Assembly (NCBI RefSeq): GCF_009834535.1
Contig: NC_045698.1
Span: forward strand, 13,518,001-13,582,000
DNA: 64,000 nucleotides
Direction: 5' to 3'
Origin: Camelus ferus
Lineage: Eukaryota
In this document: piece by piece, positions 25,701 to 39,339 of the stretch
Numbering within the stretch: the first letter of the stretch is position 1
How the letters are laid out: each line of letters starts with the position of its first letter
Made by a program: the position numbers and the translations under genes
Notes under the pieces: model-generated
Database searches by the model: none
Seen by the model: only the letters and a program-made list of their open reading frames with translations
What the model was told of the DNA's origin: nothing

Positions 25701-26099
25701 CTCCAGGCCACAGGGACCGCCAAAGGAGTGGAGATGGGGGAACTGGGAGGGTCTACACATTCTAAGAGGCCTGGTTACAGCCATATTTCTAGAGACAGTG
25801 GGCTGGTGGACAGGGTGCTCTCCTGCTGTTAACTAGGCAGGTCACTTATTCAAGGTGGGAGTTTGAGCCACTGCAGAGGTGGGTTAATGGAGAGTATTCT
25901 CAACATATCCTTGATAAGGGGGATGTTCTTACCCTGACACGCTGTTCCTTCCTTTTCAACTACTATGGTATTGTGTAAGGGATGAGAGTATCTCATGGTT
26001 TTTACACAGTAATCTCCATAGGATCTGGATATCTTCTTTCTCCAGTGAATTGTTTCCCTCAGGAATATTCTGAATGCATATTATCTATTAATAAGATAT

Positions 26100-28500
26100 T
26101 CAGTGCATAGTTTTAATGTTGTTGGAAGATATTTTCTCAAAGATTCCCAGTTCTCCCTTTCTTCCAATGACTCAGAGTCTGAGAATTGAGCTGGGTCTGG
26201 AAAGTGAAAGGTCATTGTCTTTTTCAAGGCAAATTAAATCTATGCCAGTGTTGTTTCCTTATTAAACAGATCAAGTAATATCTTGCAGGTTGCTTCATTT
26301 ATAAATTAGGGACCTAACAATGGATTATCCACCACCAAAGAGCTCAGCAGTGGTCAACCTGAATACAGACACCATATTCACCTTGTCTCTGAAGGCTAAC
26401 AGCTGTCACCTGGCCTCAGCAGCCCCCAAATCCCTTATCTTTACAGAAATAAGAAATCTTGTTTCAACTGCAATATATTTCACCTACAGAGAACAACCAT
26501 GGTGGCACATTACAAAGATGCTGTCACTCCTCTGGCCAACAAATTTATCAACTATAAGGTTAAAATGGTACCTTCTGGACCTGTTTAAGAGATACATTAA
26601 GGGGTTAGGTAATATTACTATTTCCCTAAGTCTTTAGATGCTTCATTCTCCTCTCAGCAAGTAATTTCTGTCTTTCAGCTTCATTTATAGGAGACCACAG
26701 TTGCGTAGAGATTTCAGTTAATCAACCAAGCAAACAAGTAGAACATCTGTCTGTGTATTGAACTAGCGGATTGCAATCACAATCTTTGGTAAGTGTGCTT
26801 GTGTTAGCCAAATTCTCTAGAAGCAGATTCTGAGATGGGAACTTATAAATATTTGATTTATTAATGGAATGTTACAGCAAAAATTGATAATGAAGTGAAG
26901 GAAGCAGGATAAGAAAGGCGAAGAAGCTATAAAAATGTAGTCTCAAATAAAATTTAGAACAGTTATATACGTAACTTACTGACGAGCGTCTTGTACATCT
27001 GTGCAAATGTAGAGATTATGGGGCTCAGTTTCACGGTTACTGGCAGTTCAGACATTCAAGAGCACTAGTAGCTGGATCAGCCTTATTGATCAGCACACTG
27101 ATGGGCGTTGGCATTCACTTGACCTTGGCCACCTGTGTACTTTATTGCACAGTCTGTAAGGTGACCAAGGGAAGAGAACTATAAGCCTTGGCCAAAACAC
27201 TCTGTCCATTTGTTTTTCTGGGGTTTTTTTGTGTGTTTGTTTTGCTTTGTTTTTGTGCTTTTTCTATAGTCAATGCTTTCTGGCATGTATTAATGTGCAA
27301 CACAAAAACATATACAATTTCATTAGTCTGTCTATATAATTGTTTCCCGAACATCTGGTCTACAATTGTAAGTCTGACTTCTCCCACGTTCTTAACCAGT
27401 GAAGCCATTTGTAAATTCATGTGAATCCACTGTGCATCCTAAACTCAGGACACTTTCTCTCCACAGCAAGTAAGCGACCAGGTGTAGTGCCAAAAGCGCC
27501 AAGCACTAGAGAACAACCTGCCTCCAGTGGCTCTTAAGACCACATCCATGTCTATCAGTAGCACAGCAGCGGATCCTTTTCAGCCCACAACAACCTGCCA
27601 AGTTAATGCATTTACAGACCAAGTCTAAAATGTTCGTTCTACACTCAGCTTATGTAAGAAATATTTCATGAGGCTGTAGGTATGAAAACAGTGTTGATAC
27701 AACAGTGATGAGTGAGTATTTGAACTACCTGTTTATACAGCTTACACATGCCGGGTACCAAATGTGTGACTTTCATCTTATGATGGATACTGCCACGCCA
27801 ACTCAACAGCTCAGTGTTGTAGTGAATCTGAAAAGATGTAGCAAATGAGGGGAAGCTTGACTTGCAAGGTCATTTGCAAACCATGGCCAGGAGCTCAGTC
27901 TCTACCAAGCCTTACTAGCATGACAGGAGCTGCTTTTGAATATTGTATCATTATCTGTTGCAAATGGTTACAGAATCCTATAGCTTAGCAATAAAATTCT
28001 TTTTTTTTTTTTTTTTGGCTTGCCAGAGACACTACACAAAAAGTTTATCTACCATGGATACTTCCATTACTATAGTATCTGATAAATCTTATGGCTAAAG
28101 TGATATTTTGCTTGCACTTGATTGGATTCCACTGGAAATCTAGAGACATTCACATCACTTAATAAAAGAATACGGGAGTATTTCCAAATGCAGAATTATA
28201 CTATCTCCAAACTGCAGAAGTTGAGATGTGTGTCCTTACTTTTTAGTGGTAAGGCAATTAATTACAGTTACTTTATCTTGGAGGAGCTATCCGAGTGCCC
28301 TCAAGAATACTGTAATGCTAAAATGCTCCCTACTCCATCAGGGGGCCAGAACTTTCTATCCAGCTCACAGTATGTCATTGGCTAAGGCCTGAGAGATGAA
28401 GGATTCTAACTCCCAAAGGACTCTAGACAGCATGGTTTGAATTGCCCAAGGGCAACATTTCTGAGAAGTGTGCCGATTTTATTCATCAACATAGGGTGTC
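26100..28500 (-). mobile_element. Fragmented older ERVL (HERV16/ERV3-16A3-like) internal sequence with an LTR16-like piece at ~26803-26935
   Basis: ttctctagaagcagattctgagatggg...gatttatt...gaaggaagcaggata resembles LTR16; flanks resemble ERVL gag/pol relics. Boundaries uncertain. Confidence 0.55.
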
Positions 28501-28618
28501 TGCTGCAGCATTAAAATCAATATTTAGTCTAAATAATCTAAAATTAAGGTTTTCTTTCTGATTATGTTTACTGGAAATTAATACATTTCACACATACAGT
28601 TCATGGTATGTTTTTAGC

Positions 28619-28640
28619 AAACACACACACACACATACAT
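28619..28640. repeat. (CA)n-rich microsatellite
   Basis: aaacacacacacacacatacat. Confidence 0.85.
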
Positions 28641-29055
28641 ATAAATATAGATAAGGAAATCTCTCAATTATTCTTTTTGTGAATAAGCAGTCTTTTCCTG
28701 AGTTTGACTTTGCAATTACAATTAGTCCCCACGGGTAAGTTCTGGTCTTGCTCTTATTATAGGTTTAGAGAAAATGAGACACTAAGGGGAGGTGAAATTA
28801 AGATATTTGGATTCTCCTTGCGAGTCAGCCGCCTCGGGTGTGGTGAGGTCAGCATTCTAAAACAACGCAGACATGGCTTTATCAAACGGCTAAAAGGATG
28901 ATCACACAGGACTACTTTGGCTGACAAAATATGATCGGCTGGGTTCCTGGACTTGATTCTCATAAATCTTTTGCCTATGACCCCTGTTCACTGTTCAAGT
29001 CTTATGATATGACTGATATGACTTACTATGGGAGCCCATGATTGGGTTAACACAT

Positions 29056-29627
29056 TGTAACAGACCCTAGCCGCTTATCTCCTTAAAGAAGATGTGCTTA
29101 GTAACTGCCTTGCTTGCATAGTTGAGGTTTTAGCAATGACCCAGGCCCTCGGCTATAAAAGACTGCTGTTAGACAGTCGTCTATCCCCAAAACAGCCTTG
29201 GGCTGGAATGGTAAACAACTTATAAAAAGCTGCAGACTCAGAGGTGAGAAGGCTGGTTAGCCAAAGACGGGTAAGATCCCCTGAGGGGGCAACCTGAGAC
29301 AGGCACAGCCGCCTGAGTCCAAGTTGCTAAGCAGCTGATTTTCGTACTTCCTCCCTGATAAGCTGAAAGGCTCAACACGATTGTGATTCACCAAAAAGGG
29401 TCTTCTGACCTTGAGCCAAACACCAACAATAAACAAAGCCCTTGTACTCATTGTGATCCCACCCTGTCCTTCCCTAAGTTCCTGCATCAACTGTACACAA
29501 TAAATATGGGAGCATTTGAGAGGTTCGTTGAGTTGGCTCCCGACTCCCTCTCCCTCTCTTGACTTTTCCCCAGAGTCTTGAGCAATTCATTCCATCTCGG
29601 TGGGAATTCTGCTGGCCAGAACCCACA
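29056..29627 (+). mobile_element. ERV LTR (~570 bp, CpG-retaining) followed by a PBS-like stub
   Basis: Starts tgtaacagacc and ends aacccaca; contains TATAAAA- and AATAAA-like motifs; TGGTGACGA follows at 29630. Confidence 0.7.
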
Positions 29628-30963
29628 ACTGGTGACGAACCCATAACTTACCTTTCATGGAGTAACTCCAGTGAGACTGGGAAAGAAACTGATTTAATTT
29701 GGCAGCCCAAAAAAGCAAGTCCACAACGTGAATTTTGGCTTTTGAACACTGTATCTGGGAGAGAGAAGATTCTTTCAGGAGAGAGATAGGCTCTTTGCCT
29801 TTGACTTTATTTTCATATGAGAATTCAGGACTTTTCTTTCTCATTATTTAACTTATCTGTATACTTAGAAAGGATGAAATCAACTCTGTAGTTTTTAATA
29901 CTTTATATCCTTGATACTATTCCTTATCAATTGATATTATGTTCCCAAAATCTTGCCTTCATTTTGCTCATCTTTCTAAATGCTGTATGTGATAATGTAA
30001 CTGCTTAATTCTGTATGAGATGGGTCCATAATGTGCTCTTCTGTAATGAAAGCATGATTTTCTTTGCATCACAACCAAGCAGGTCCAAAAATTCTCCATT
30101 TGCTTTTTTTTGGGGGGTGGTCTTTTACCTGCAGCATTCTTGGTACTAGTTTACTTATCAGTCACCGTTCTTTACTGAAAGCAATATAAATTATCCCATA
30201 CAAATTAAACAAAAAATTATTTTTAAATGTCCGTATTTAGTGAATTTCTACATTGTCTTGAAAATAAAAATTGAATGCTAGAGAGTTTAAAAAAAAATTA
30301 CATATCCCAAATTACACCATGGGCTGTTCTGCTGGTGACACATTTCTGTTGTCAGGGAACATGGATGTTAAAACACCATTACTCATACTGGACTCTGGAT
30401 CCTGCCACTAATATTGCTGCCACTGCTGACTCTGAAAGCTGAATAACCCTCCTGCTACCCCATCAGGATAAAATCTCTATACGGCCTATTTTACAGGTTT
30501 GCTAACTTAGGTATATCTGACTGGCATAGTTACACAAGAGGCTGGGGAAAAAATGAATTACAGGCCCTGGTCACGCAAAATTATACACTCATAAGATGAA
30601 ATTTTCCAAAATATAAGGAAGGTGCTCAAAAATGCTTATTGACCAAAGAGCGTGTCAAATGGCCAATACGTTAAAAAATCTAAAAGATGAATCTATCAAA
30701 GGAAATTCTCATTTGTATTTAAGTACAATACAAGGCAGAGCTTATAAGAAAAAGGAAATAGTATATAAGAAGAGACAAAATGAAAGTAGGACGGAGTAGC
30801 AGGAATATAGACGTACAAGGAATAACTATAGTGGGGCCAGTTCGGGGAGGGCACCCAGAACAAAGGGTCAGACCAGACAAGAAGCAACCAGGAACTACAT
30901 CGCACAAGACTTTACGAGCCTCGTTAAGGCAACGGACTCCACGGGCTGGGAAATGCCAGGAAC

Positions 30964-31468
30964 TATGAGATGCCTGAAATTGTACCCCACTTGGAATCTG
31001 TCAAGCTTCAGGGGTGCCAATTTCACGGATGCTTATATAAAACACAGAATTTCTGAAAGAGACATGAGGGACTATTTACCATTCACAGCAGTGACAGTAG
31101 TCAGAGTTACCACCATTTCCGTGCCAGTTCCCTAAGTGTGAATTCCCATAGGACTATGTAAAGAAGTCCAGATGGCACCTGTCCATGCAGTGTCATGAAT
31201 TACAGGAGGGAAATGCTGAGTTTAGGGTGCCAAAATGTTTTATTTTGGGAGTAAGCTTGCTTGCTTTTACTCCAGAGGAAGGTATTGTCTTTATTTTAGT
31301 AGTATGCCTGTTTTTTGCTCCAGAAGAGGACGTTATCTTTACCTGCAAAGTTTATTCACCACTCAGATATATCTGAAAAGAGCACAAGACAAAAGGCAGC
31401 CCATACATCTAGCTGGAAGGCATGGGGAAATGTGGAAGGGCCAGGGAGAATTTCTAAGTATTTCCACA
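30964..31468 (-). mobile_element. Old ERVL-type solo LTR
   Basis: tgagatgcctgaaattgtaccc...cacagcagtgacagtagtcagag...ccagttccctaag...tttccaca resembles ancient eutherian ERVL LTRs; family not assigned. Confidence 0.6.
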
Positions 31469-31860
31469 TGAAAATATTGGATCGATAAATCTCCTTTTTC
31501 TTCATCTTTTCCCCCCTAAATTTCCTGTGAAGAATGACTTAAGGACACCTTTCTTGAATAAAGTAAATGAGAGTACTGGAGAACAATTTTAAAAAGAAGG
31601 GGAAGTTATACGTTGGTTAAGAAAAAGGAAGTGCAGAGCTACATAGAAATGAAAGTATAAAGAAAATTACAACTTAATATTTTATCTCAACATATGATTG
31701 TGTGTGTAATAATTACAGAAATAAGATCTTTACATATACTCTTCACGTACAAGTACTGATAAGTACTAATATTAAAAATGCAAAGACCTATTCATATTAG
31801 GTTAAAAAGTAACACACACACACTGGCAAATACATAGCACAGACCCTGCAGATTTGTAAA

Positions 31861-32358
31861 CGTAATGGGAAGGAACAAATCTCACTCCACATTGGATCTG
31901 TTTCTTTTACTTTAACCTTTGCATCCTATTGCTTTTGCTACAAGTTAGGAATGTTGCCTATAGCTTGAAATATACAGGATAGCCCATTCTCAGGACTCTG
32001 ACCTTTAACAGTATAACACTTTTTCATTCATATAGAGATACAAATTTGCAGAACAGGGAATAACATTTGTTTTGTTGGAGGTTTACAGAAACATCATGAA
32101 CTGACCTATGTGGACAACTGCAAGAACAAAGAATTCTGACACCAAGAAGTTTGCCACCAACCAACCACACTCCCTCCCCTTTTAGTATAAAAGAAGCCTG
32201 TATTTTAACTTAGGGAAGTCGGTTCTTTGGGACACTCATTGACCATCTTCTCAGTCTTCTGGCTTTCTGAATAAAGTCACTATTCTTTGCCCAGCAAATT
32301 GTCTTTTGATTTATTGACCTATTGTTCAGTGAGCAGTGTGAGCTTGGACTCAGTAACA
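31861..32358 (+). mobile_element. ERV1-type solo LTR
   Basis: Start gtaatgggaaggaacaaatctcactccacattgg; TATAAAA at 32186-32192; AATAAA at 32270-32275; end ggactcagtaaca. Confidence 0.85.
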
Positions 32359-35105
32359 AACAATACGAATATGTCTATAAATCTATATTTATCTATCTCT
32401 TTATACACATATGTAAATATGTCAGCCTCTATGTGTGTATATATCCATCTTCCATAGGTGAAAATTGATTTAATTTAATTTAATTTAGCTATTATTGGGT
32501 TACTTACTGTACAAAAGACTTTATTTCATTGTGAATAAAAGTTTTAAGTGAACCATGAATATTCTACCTTTATCCATATCTACCCTGCACATCAGATATT
32601 TCTAGGAGAAAATCAAGAAACCCAGACTGGAGATATTCAGGAAACTTTTTAAAGTATGTTACTATTTTGGTGAGAGAATTGCAATTGTAAATTGCACCTA
32701 AGACTATTTACTTTAAGGGTGGAGAACGACAGATAAGGGACATGTGTGTTATCTAGATTTTTGAATTGAGTTATGGTTTTATTTTCAGCTAAAGCTGCTT
32801 TCAGAAAGTCTAAGCTTTATTTTCTAGTCATTCCCACAATCACAGCCTGAAGCTCTGGCTATCATTGTTTCTCTGAAGCTGATCACTGCTACTCTCCACT
32901 GTCTTTACTGTTTATATTATTCATACTCTCCTCCTTCTCTATGAGTTCTCTAAGGGTGTTTATCTTCCATGTTAAAAAATATAGGTCTTTTAGAGGCTCC
33001 ACAGGCAAGCTGAAAATGTAATAGTCACATATATATATAAGTATACATCTTAAATATTTTATCCATCCCAAAGTTTGGGGGCTCAACGAGTGCACATTTT
33101 AATGAGAGATTTTATTGTTGCTATTGTTACTGCTGCTCTTTCCTCACTGTTCCATGTGCTAACAAAGGATACATCATGCTAGAGTTATGAATGCTTCAAA
33201 ATACTCAGTCTCCTGTAAACCCAGAGTCATAGAATTCTACTTGGTTTCTGTTTTCCTAATAGTGCATCAGAATTCATGCAGATACTTAAAACCTGTTTCT
33301 TCCCTCAGATTCACTTCCTGATTATTCACCAATAGTATTAGAATTTTATCTTTAATAAATTTATAATGTTTCTAAATGAAAATCTTGTTTTTATGGAAAA
33401 GTGCAATTGTCCTTAATATTTATTTTAACAATGTAAATTCATTCCATTTATAAATTTATTTGAATCTTCCTTCTATTTTCTTGATGACATGTTACTGTTT
33501 GCATAATTTGGTTTACTTCTAGATATAATGTGATATTTTTCAAGTGTTGTATTTCCATAAAAGCTTGTTTATTTTACATGCTTGGCTTGTCACCAAGAAT
33601 AAGACCTTGAAAAATTAATATCCTAAATGATAAACCTTAAATAAGATGGCATGTAAAGGTTCCAACAATTAGGTTCTTGAGGCAGGAGATATGACACAGT
33701 TGTACATGTTAATTAACATTCAGAGAAGCTTTATTTTTTAACTTTGAAGACTATAGAAAACTATAATGAATAAGCCTGAGGTGCCTAGTTTAATTTAGAA
33801 ATTCTGTTTTTTGGAAATCAATAGGAAATAATTTTTCTGGCCAACAAATGATTTTCAGCTATTCAAATATTTTACAACTTCCCTGGAATTGCTTTTTGCC
33901 AATGCCTTTTGCCTGAGCAGGAGGGAACATCTTAGTGAACTTGGTCCCCTCAAGCACTGAGCTGACATACAAAGTTAGATGTTAGGTTACATAATGTAAT
34001 TGGACCTGATTCTCCCTGGCTCAATTGCTGTTTTGTCCTCCAGCTTTTTTTTTTTTTCTCCTCCTCATTTTTTTTTTTAAACCTGACATATACTTAACTA
34101 ACATCAGAAATAAAACATCCCTCTAATTCCAATAATGTCTTAACATATTTTTCTTAAACACAAGTGTTTTGCTTTTTAAACCCTAGGCTTTGGGCAAAAC
34201 TGTGATATTATACATATTTGTTTTCCTACCTCATTCCAGGCATCTGCAGCGTGGCCCATCTTACTGGGGTCTAGCTATCTAGCTGGATGTCAGTTTTGGC
34301 AGGCTTAAGATGTAGTTGGTACTACTTCAGATCCTCATACCCACAGAAATTTCACAAATTAAATGGGACACTAGAAATAAACAGAGTCTTAAGACCCAAA
34401 AGAAAGAATTATTAATGGTAAATAATCAGGGAAAATGATGAACTGTGATCCTACACAGTAAAATCTCTCTTACTTAGGATCAGTAAAGAGCAATTTAATT
34501 AAAAAAGTTAAATAAAGTGAAAAATTAAAATAACATATAGACACTTTTGTGAAAATTAATAAAGAGACTTCAATGAAAGAGAGCTGGGAGACCAGCAGGG
34601 GGACCCCTCACTCTCTGCAATGCTAGCAAAGCAGGAAGTAGAAAGACCTTTCTTTCCAGGCAATGACTAGGCCAATGAAAAACCAGCATACACCCTCTTT
34701 GCATTTGAATCTCTCCAGGCTTTATTGAGGATCTGCTTAAAGCTTTTGTTTTTCTGACCTTGTTCCATGTGCAAGTACTCATTCAGCACACTGGTCCCAT
34801 TTTGAGATCAGACTGTTTCCACTGAATCTGACTGAGAAGCTTTGAGCTCATTTCTTTGGGGACAAGGATTGTTTCACTGAAATTGTGCTATTGTTTAGAC
34901 TTTAGTCCGTCCCTTTGGAATAGGGACTGTGCTCTGGAACTGGCTAAGAAACTTTCAGCCTACGTCTTCTCAGACCTAAGTGTTGCCTTTGAACTGGCTG
35001 GTATTAGACCTGTAGGCTGTTTGAGATGTTTGAACTGTTTAAGCTCTTTGAGCTGTAAATAGTTTGAAAAGTCTTCTTTTACTCTAAAGAACAAACCTCT
35101 AGGAA

Positions 35106-36110
35106 ATGGGATCCTTGTTATCAAAATATTTTGAAGGCAACCCCCATAGACAAGGGCTCTGGTCAATTTTATCTTTAAAAACTGGGTTCTGCCTTATAAC
35201 TATATGAACCTAACTGATATATAAGTGACCTTTATAGGTTACTTTTGATATGCTCAACTGATTTTTTTAAACCGAATTGGACTACAATAGCCCTAAAATT
35301 TTCAGAAATGAATGGAATGCCTATTGTAATTATGATTTAGAGGCTTCCAAATGTTACCCAAAGCTTAAAAATGAAGCTGAATTGTGAATCATTGTCAAAG
35401 ATTTTTCTAAAGTAACTAATAATCCTCACAGATTTGTCGAGGAATTTAATATAGTTACTCAAACTTATCACGTTGATTTCTGACTTATATGAGCTGTTTC
35501 ATATGCTTGTTGGTGAAGATCAGGCCCAGCACTGGATGAAAATCACTAATAGAAAAAGTTCTCTAGAAAAAGTCTCTAGAATTAGAACTAACTTATTATC
35601 TAATCAGGCTGGGCCCATTGCTAGGTAACTTCATTGAGCAATTCTTAGGGATTTTCCAAAGCATGTTGACTGGAGCAAAAACCAAGGTTGCATTTAAAAA
35701 TTGGGTGAACCTGTTCATAATAATTACAGTTGACTTCAGATTGTTTTTAAAGAACATTCTAGTCTTTCTTCGGATGTTGATTCCAGCCATCTAGCTTTAA
35801 CTCTATGTTTATTAATGGGCTGAGCCAGGATCTTTCCCTTCTAGGAAAAAGCACCAGGATGGAATGAGAAAAAAGGTCCACTTCAAATGTAGTAAATCTG
35901 GCAAACCAGCTTTCTCTCACTCTAGATGAGTCGCCTAAAAGGAAGACCACAAAAATCCATAATCTTTAACTTCAGCAACCAAAGGCCCCTAAACAAAAGC
36001 AAAAGTATCCTAGTTTCTGCTATTAATGCAAAGATCCAGGACATCAGAAAATAGATTGTTAGAAATTAAGTGCTTCAGGTAACTTTAGAAGCCTTTCCAA
36101 AGTCTCGGCA
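35106..36110 (+). pseudogene. gag: Decayed gag (capsid and CCHC nucleocapsid)
   Basis: KAEL*IIVKDFSKVTNNPHRFVEEFNIV...LFHMLVGEDQAQHWMK; zinc knuckle CY*CKDPGHQKIDC at 36018-36059. Start position approximate. Confidence 0.8.
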
Positions 36111-36149
36111 ATTCACTATGGCAGGGCTCCCAGTAACTACAGGGGATTT

Positions 36150-38220
36150 TCCCAATCCTGCCTCTCAACTGAGTTGAGAAAACATTTCATCAGATTGAGG
36201 GTGAATCTCTTCCTGCCCAACTGACATTAGAGCCACACTCTCAGTGTTTGACCCATTGCTGTAAGATAGCCCCTGCCTCAGAGTACTAAAACCATTCAAA
36301 CAGGTTCAGATACTGGGCATCAGTATGAATCCAAAGAGATTCTTGTCTCTGAACCTGATTCCTTGTGTTTGGGCCCTTTGAGAAATACATATGCTTTCTA
36401 CTTAGTTCCTCTGCGCCTATCTATTTATTAGGCCAAGTTTTCTTGGAAAAGGGTATACTGGAATCTCTTTCTTTCTAAAGGGAAAAATAATTCTAAAGTT
36501 TGACAGTAGTTATCAAAACAGCCAACCAGGTGAATTAAATGACCCTTGGCATCTTTTATCTGTTCCATCTCTGCTGCTACCTAGAGCGGGTTCTAGAAAC
36601 ACTGATCAATTGTCCCTGTTGAATCAGCCACTACCCTCCTTATGGGCAAAATCTTTAACTGATGTTGACAAAATACACAACACACCACTCATCAAAATTC
36701 AAGTATTTCTTAAAACTTGTTTCCAGAGTTAATCAATATCCTATAAGCAAAGAAGCCCTTCAAGGTACAAAACCCGTAAAAGGAGATTACAAGGCTCAAG
36801 TCTTCATTATCCCTTGTACTCGTCCCTATAATGCTTCAATTTTTCCATTGCAAAAACCTAAGGGCTGAGGGTGGAGGAATATCCAGGACCTCAGAGCAGT
36901 AAACAGCATTGCTATCCCTCAACACCCTGTTCTTCCTGACTCTCACTCATTACTAACATCCATCCCCACCAGGAGTAAATTCTTTACTGTAATAGATGGA
37001 TGCAGGCATTCTGTAGCATTCCAGCTGATGAAGCTAGACAATAACTGTTTGCCTTCACTTGGGAAGAAAAACAATTCACCTGTTCAGTTTTTGCTGAGAA
37101 TCCTTAGGTTTTACTGAGAATCCTTGCTTCTCATATCCTAAAGGCTGATCTGGATAATATAGCATCCCCTAGGGGTTCATTTTGTCACAATATGTGGATG
37201 ATATGATTCTGTCCTCTCCTTCCTAAGCCCCCTCACACGAAGACACATTCACTCCTTAGAGGTTTTATCGTTAAAGGGACAGAGGTTTGCCAAAGAAAAC
37301 TTATAGTTTGACCAAATCCAGTTTTAATATTTGGGAAATCTGATATCAGAACAAGGGCTACACATAAATCCAGGTAGGTTTCATGGTGTCATAAGTTTTC
37401 CCATACCCCAAACTAAGCACCAATTGCAAGGTCTCCTGGGGCTGGTTGGTCATTGCCAAAATTAGATTCCAAATTTCTGTCTTATGGCCAAATCTCTGCA
37501 TGCTATATCAAATGATAACCCAACCTATTTTTATGGGAAAAACCAGACAACATGACTTTTAAGGCCGTAAAGGAGTGTTTGATGAACCCATCTGGCCTTG
37601 GGCATCCCAATTATCAGCTTCCTTTGTTTTCCTTTTTTGTATATAAAAATGAAGGGAGTGCCTTTAGGGTATCACGCAAAGACCACCACTGACCCATAGG
37701 ATATTATAATCAGCAACTGGACCCTGTGATGTGGGGACACCCCACCATCTTAGAGCCATTACTGCCACTATTCTTTCAATTAAGTACAGTGGGAATCAGT
37801 GTGGGATCACTTTTAACCATTTTTGTACCTTATGCAGTAGAAACCCTCCTGGAGTCTCATCACATGTCTCTCATTTCACATTTCTCAGACAGCTGCCTCA
37901 CAGTCTGTGAAGTCCTTTTGTTAACTGCTCCTCACGTAACTCTTCTGTAATAATAAACTTAGCTCTGCTAGTCTTCTCCACTCTGTCACCTATGAAGTCC
38001 CCTACAAATGATGCTGATGGAACATCTCCTGACTCCTGGTGATGATCTTCTGGACACTGAATGTTAACTTCTCAGGGTTTACTGATGACTTTATTTAAAA
38101 GGTGGCAACAGCAAATATTGTGCTGGGTATACTGTTGCCACTCCTTTTGGTGTCACTGAGGCAACATTGTTACCTCTGGCTACTTCAGACCAACAAGCTG
38201 AATTATATGGTCTTACATGT
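36150..38220 (+). pseudogene. pol: Decayed pro-pol (protease, reverse transcriptase, partial RNase H); no integrase or env seen
   Basis: DIRATLSV (decayed DTGA motif, 36223); NQYPISKEAL; PCTRPYNASIFPLQKP; QDLRAVN; LFAFTWE; YVDD at 37191-37202; FTD...YCAGY...SDQQAEL at ~38078-38210. Confidence 0.9.
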
Positions 38221-39339
38221 GACACGTCTGAAAAATGCATCAAACTACAATCAGACTTGCACATTATCTGGTGACTTGAAAGTCAGCATTTCCTGGAATT
38301 GAAGCAGATGACATCGTATGGGACAACTTTCCCAAGGTATTAGAACCAGGCCCATTGGCAGTTTGTTGCCAAACCTTTGATGATGACATATACTTCAGAT
38401 GATCTCCAATGTCTACAATCTTGATAAAATATAGGCGTTAGATAAAAGAGGCCTGAGAGCTCTCCCTCTTACCCAACTTGTTACTTGAATGTGATCTCAA
38501 TAGTTTTCCAGTCTGTGCAATTTCCCTTCAGTGTGGGACAGTACACCCAGAAAAGGTCCTTATTGGTATTGAAGGACAAAAAGTCCTGAAACAGGAAAAC
38601 CTGACTCTTGCTTGTCAATGCTTTCAGAGAAATATCTTGATCAAAAGGGAAAAATGCAAAAAAAAAAAAAATGATAAATAGAAACTTCAATTAAATAGAG
38701 TTGGGAGGTCTGAAGAGGGAGCTCTCATGGCCTGAGTTAACAGCACAACCCAATAGGAATAAAACTCCTCTTCTTTCCAGGTAAGGACTTACTTAGCCAG
38801 TGAAAAAGCATGGTTATTATAGTCCTACCACATTCCTTTTCACTTCTATAAATTGTTCTCCCTCCATTTATGCAAGAATTGCACTTCATTTGCCAGAGTT
38901 GCAAACCCTGAATTGCAATTCTCTGCGGATTCCAAATAATGCCCCCTCCTTTTTTTTTCCTGAAGAAATAACTGTCAGTCTATTTGTCTCAGGTCAACAC
39001 TTTAAACATTTATTTGTTTTAAACTTGTAAATGTACATCTATTCAGTAGCAATCTGACGTGTAGTCAAAGCACTTTGTCTGGAATAGAATGTAAAAAAAT
39101 TAAACAAAAATTATTACGATAAAAAGTACAACTGACATAAACAGGTATGACAGCAGCACAACTGACTGCTGTTAATTAAACAGCTCAATTGGAGAAAGCA
39201 AAAGTATGCAGCCAGCTGTAGGAAGTGGTCTGCCTGCCACGAGGGTCCATTGTGCAGTGGGCGTTCGTGAGCATTTTTCTCTCTCTTTTTCCATTCTTTC
39301 TTTCTTTCTTTTTTCTTCTGTATTAAGAACACTTATTAT

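Larger units (their letters stand above)
34548..38999 (+). mobile_element. Two-LTR class I (ERV1, gamma-like) provirus, internally deleted, 4-bp TSD CTTT
   Basis: The 5' LTR (from 34548, truncated) and 3' LTR (38655-38999) share acttcaat.aaa.agag.tgggag and ttctttccagg; PPT aaaagggaaaaa at 38643-38654; CTTT at 34544-34547 and 39000-39003. Confidence 0.9.

Noticed and set aside
36662..36868. Functional or domesticated RT ORF
   Set aside because: Only a 68-codon open piece of a pol riddled with stops and frameshifts.
38220..38650. env or syncytin-like remnant
   Set aside because: No furin site, CX6CC motif or transmembrane segment recognisable; too short.
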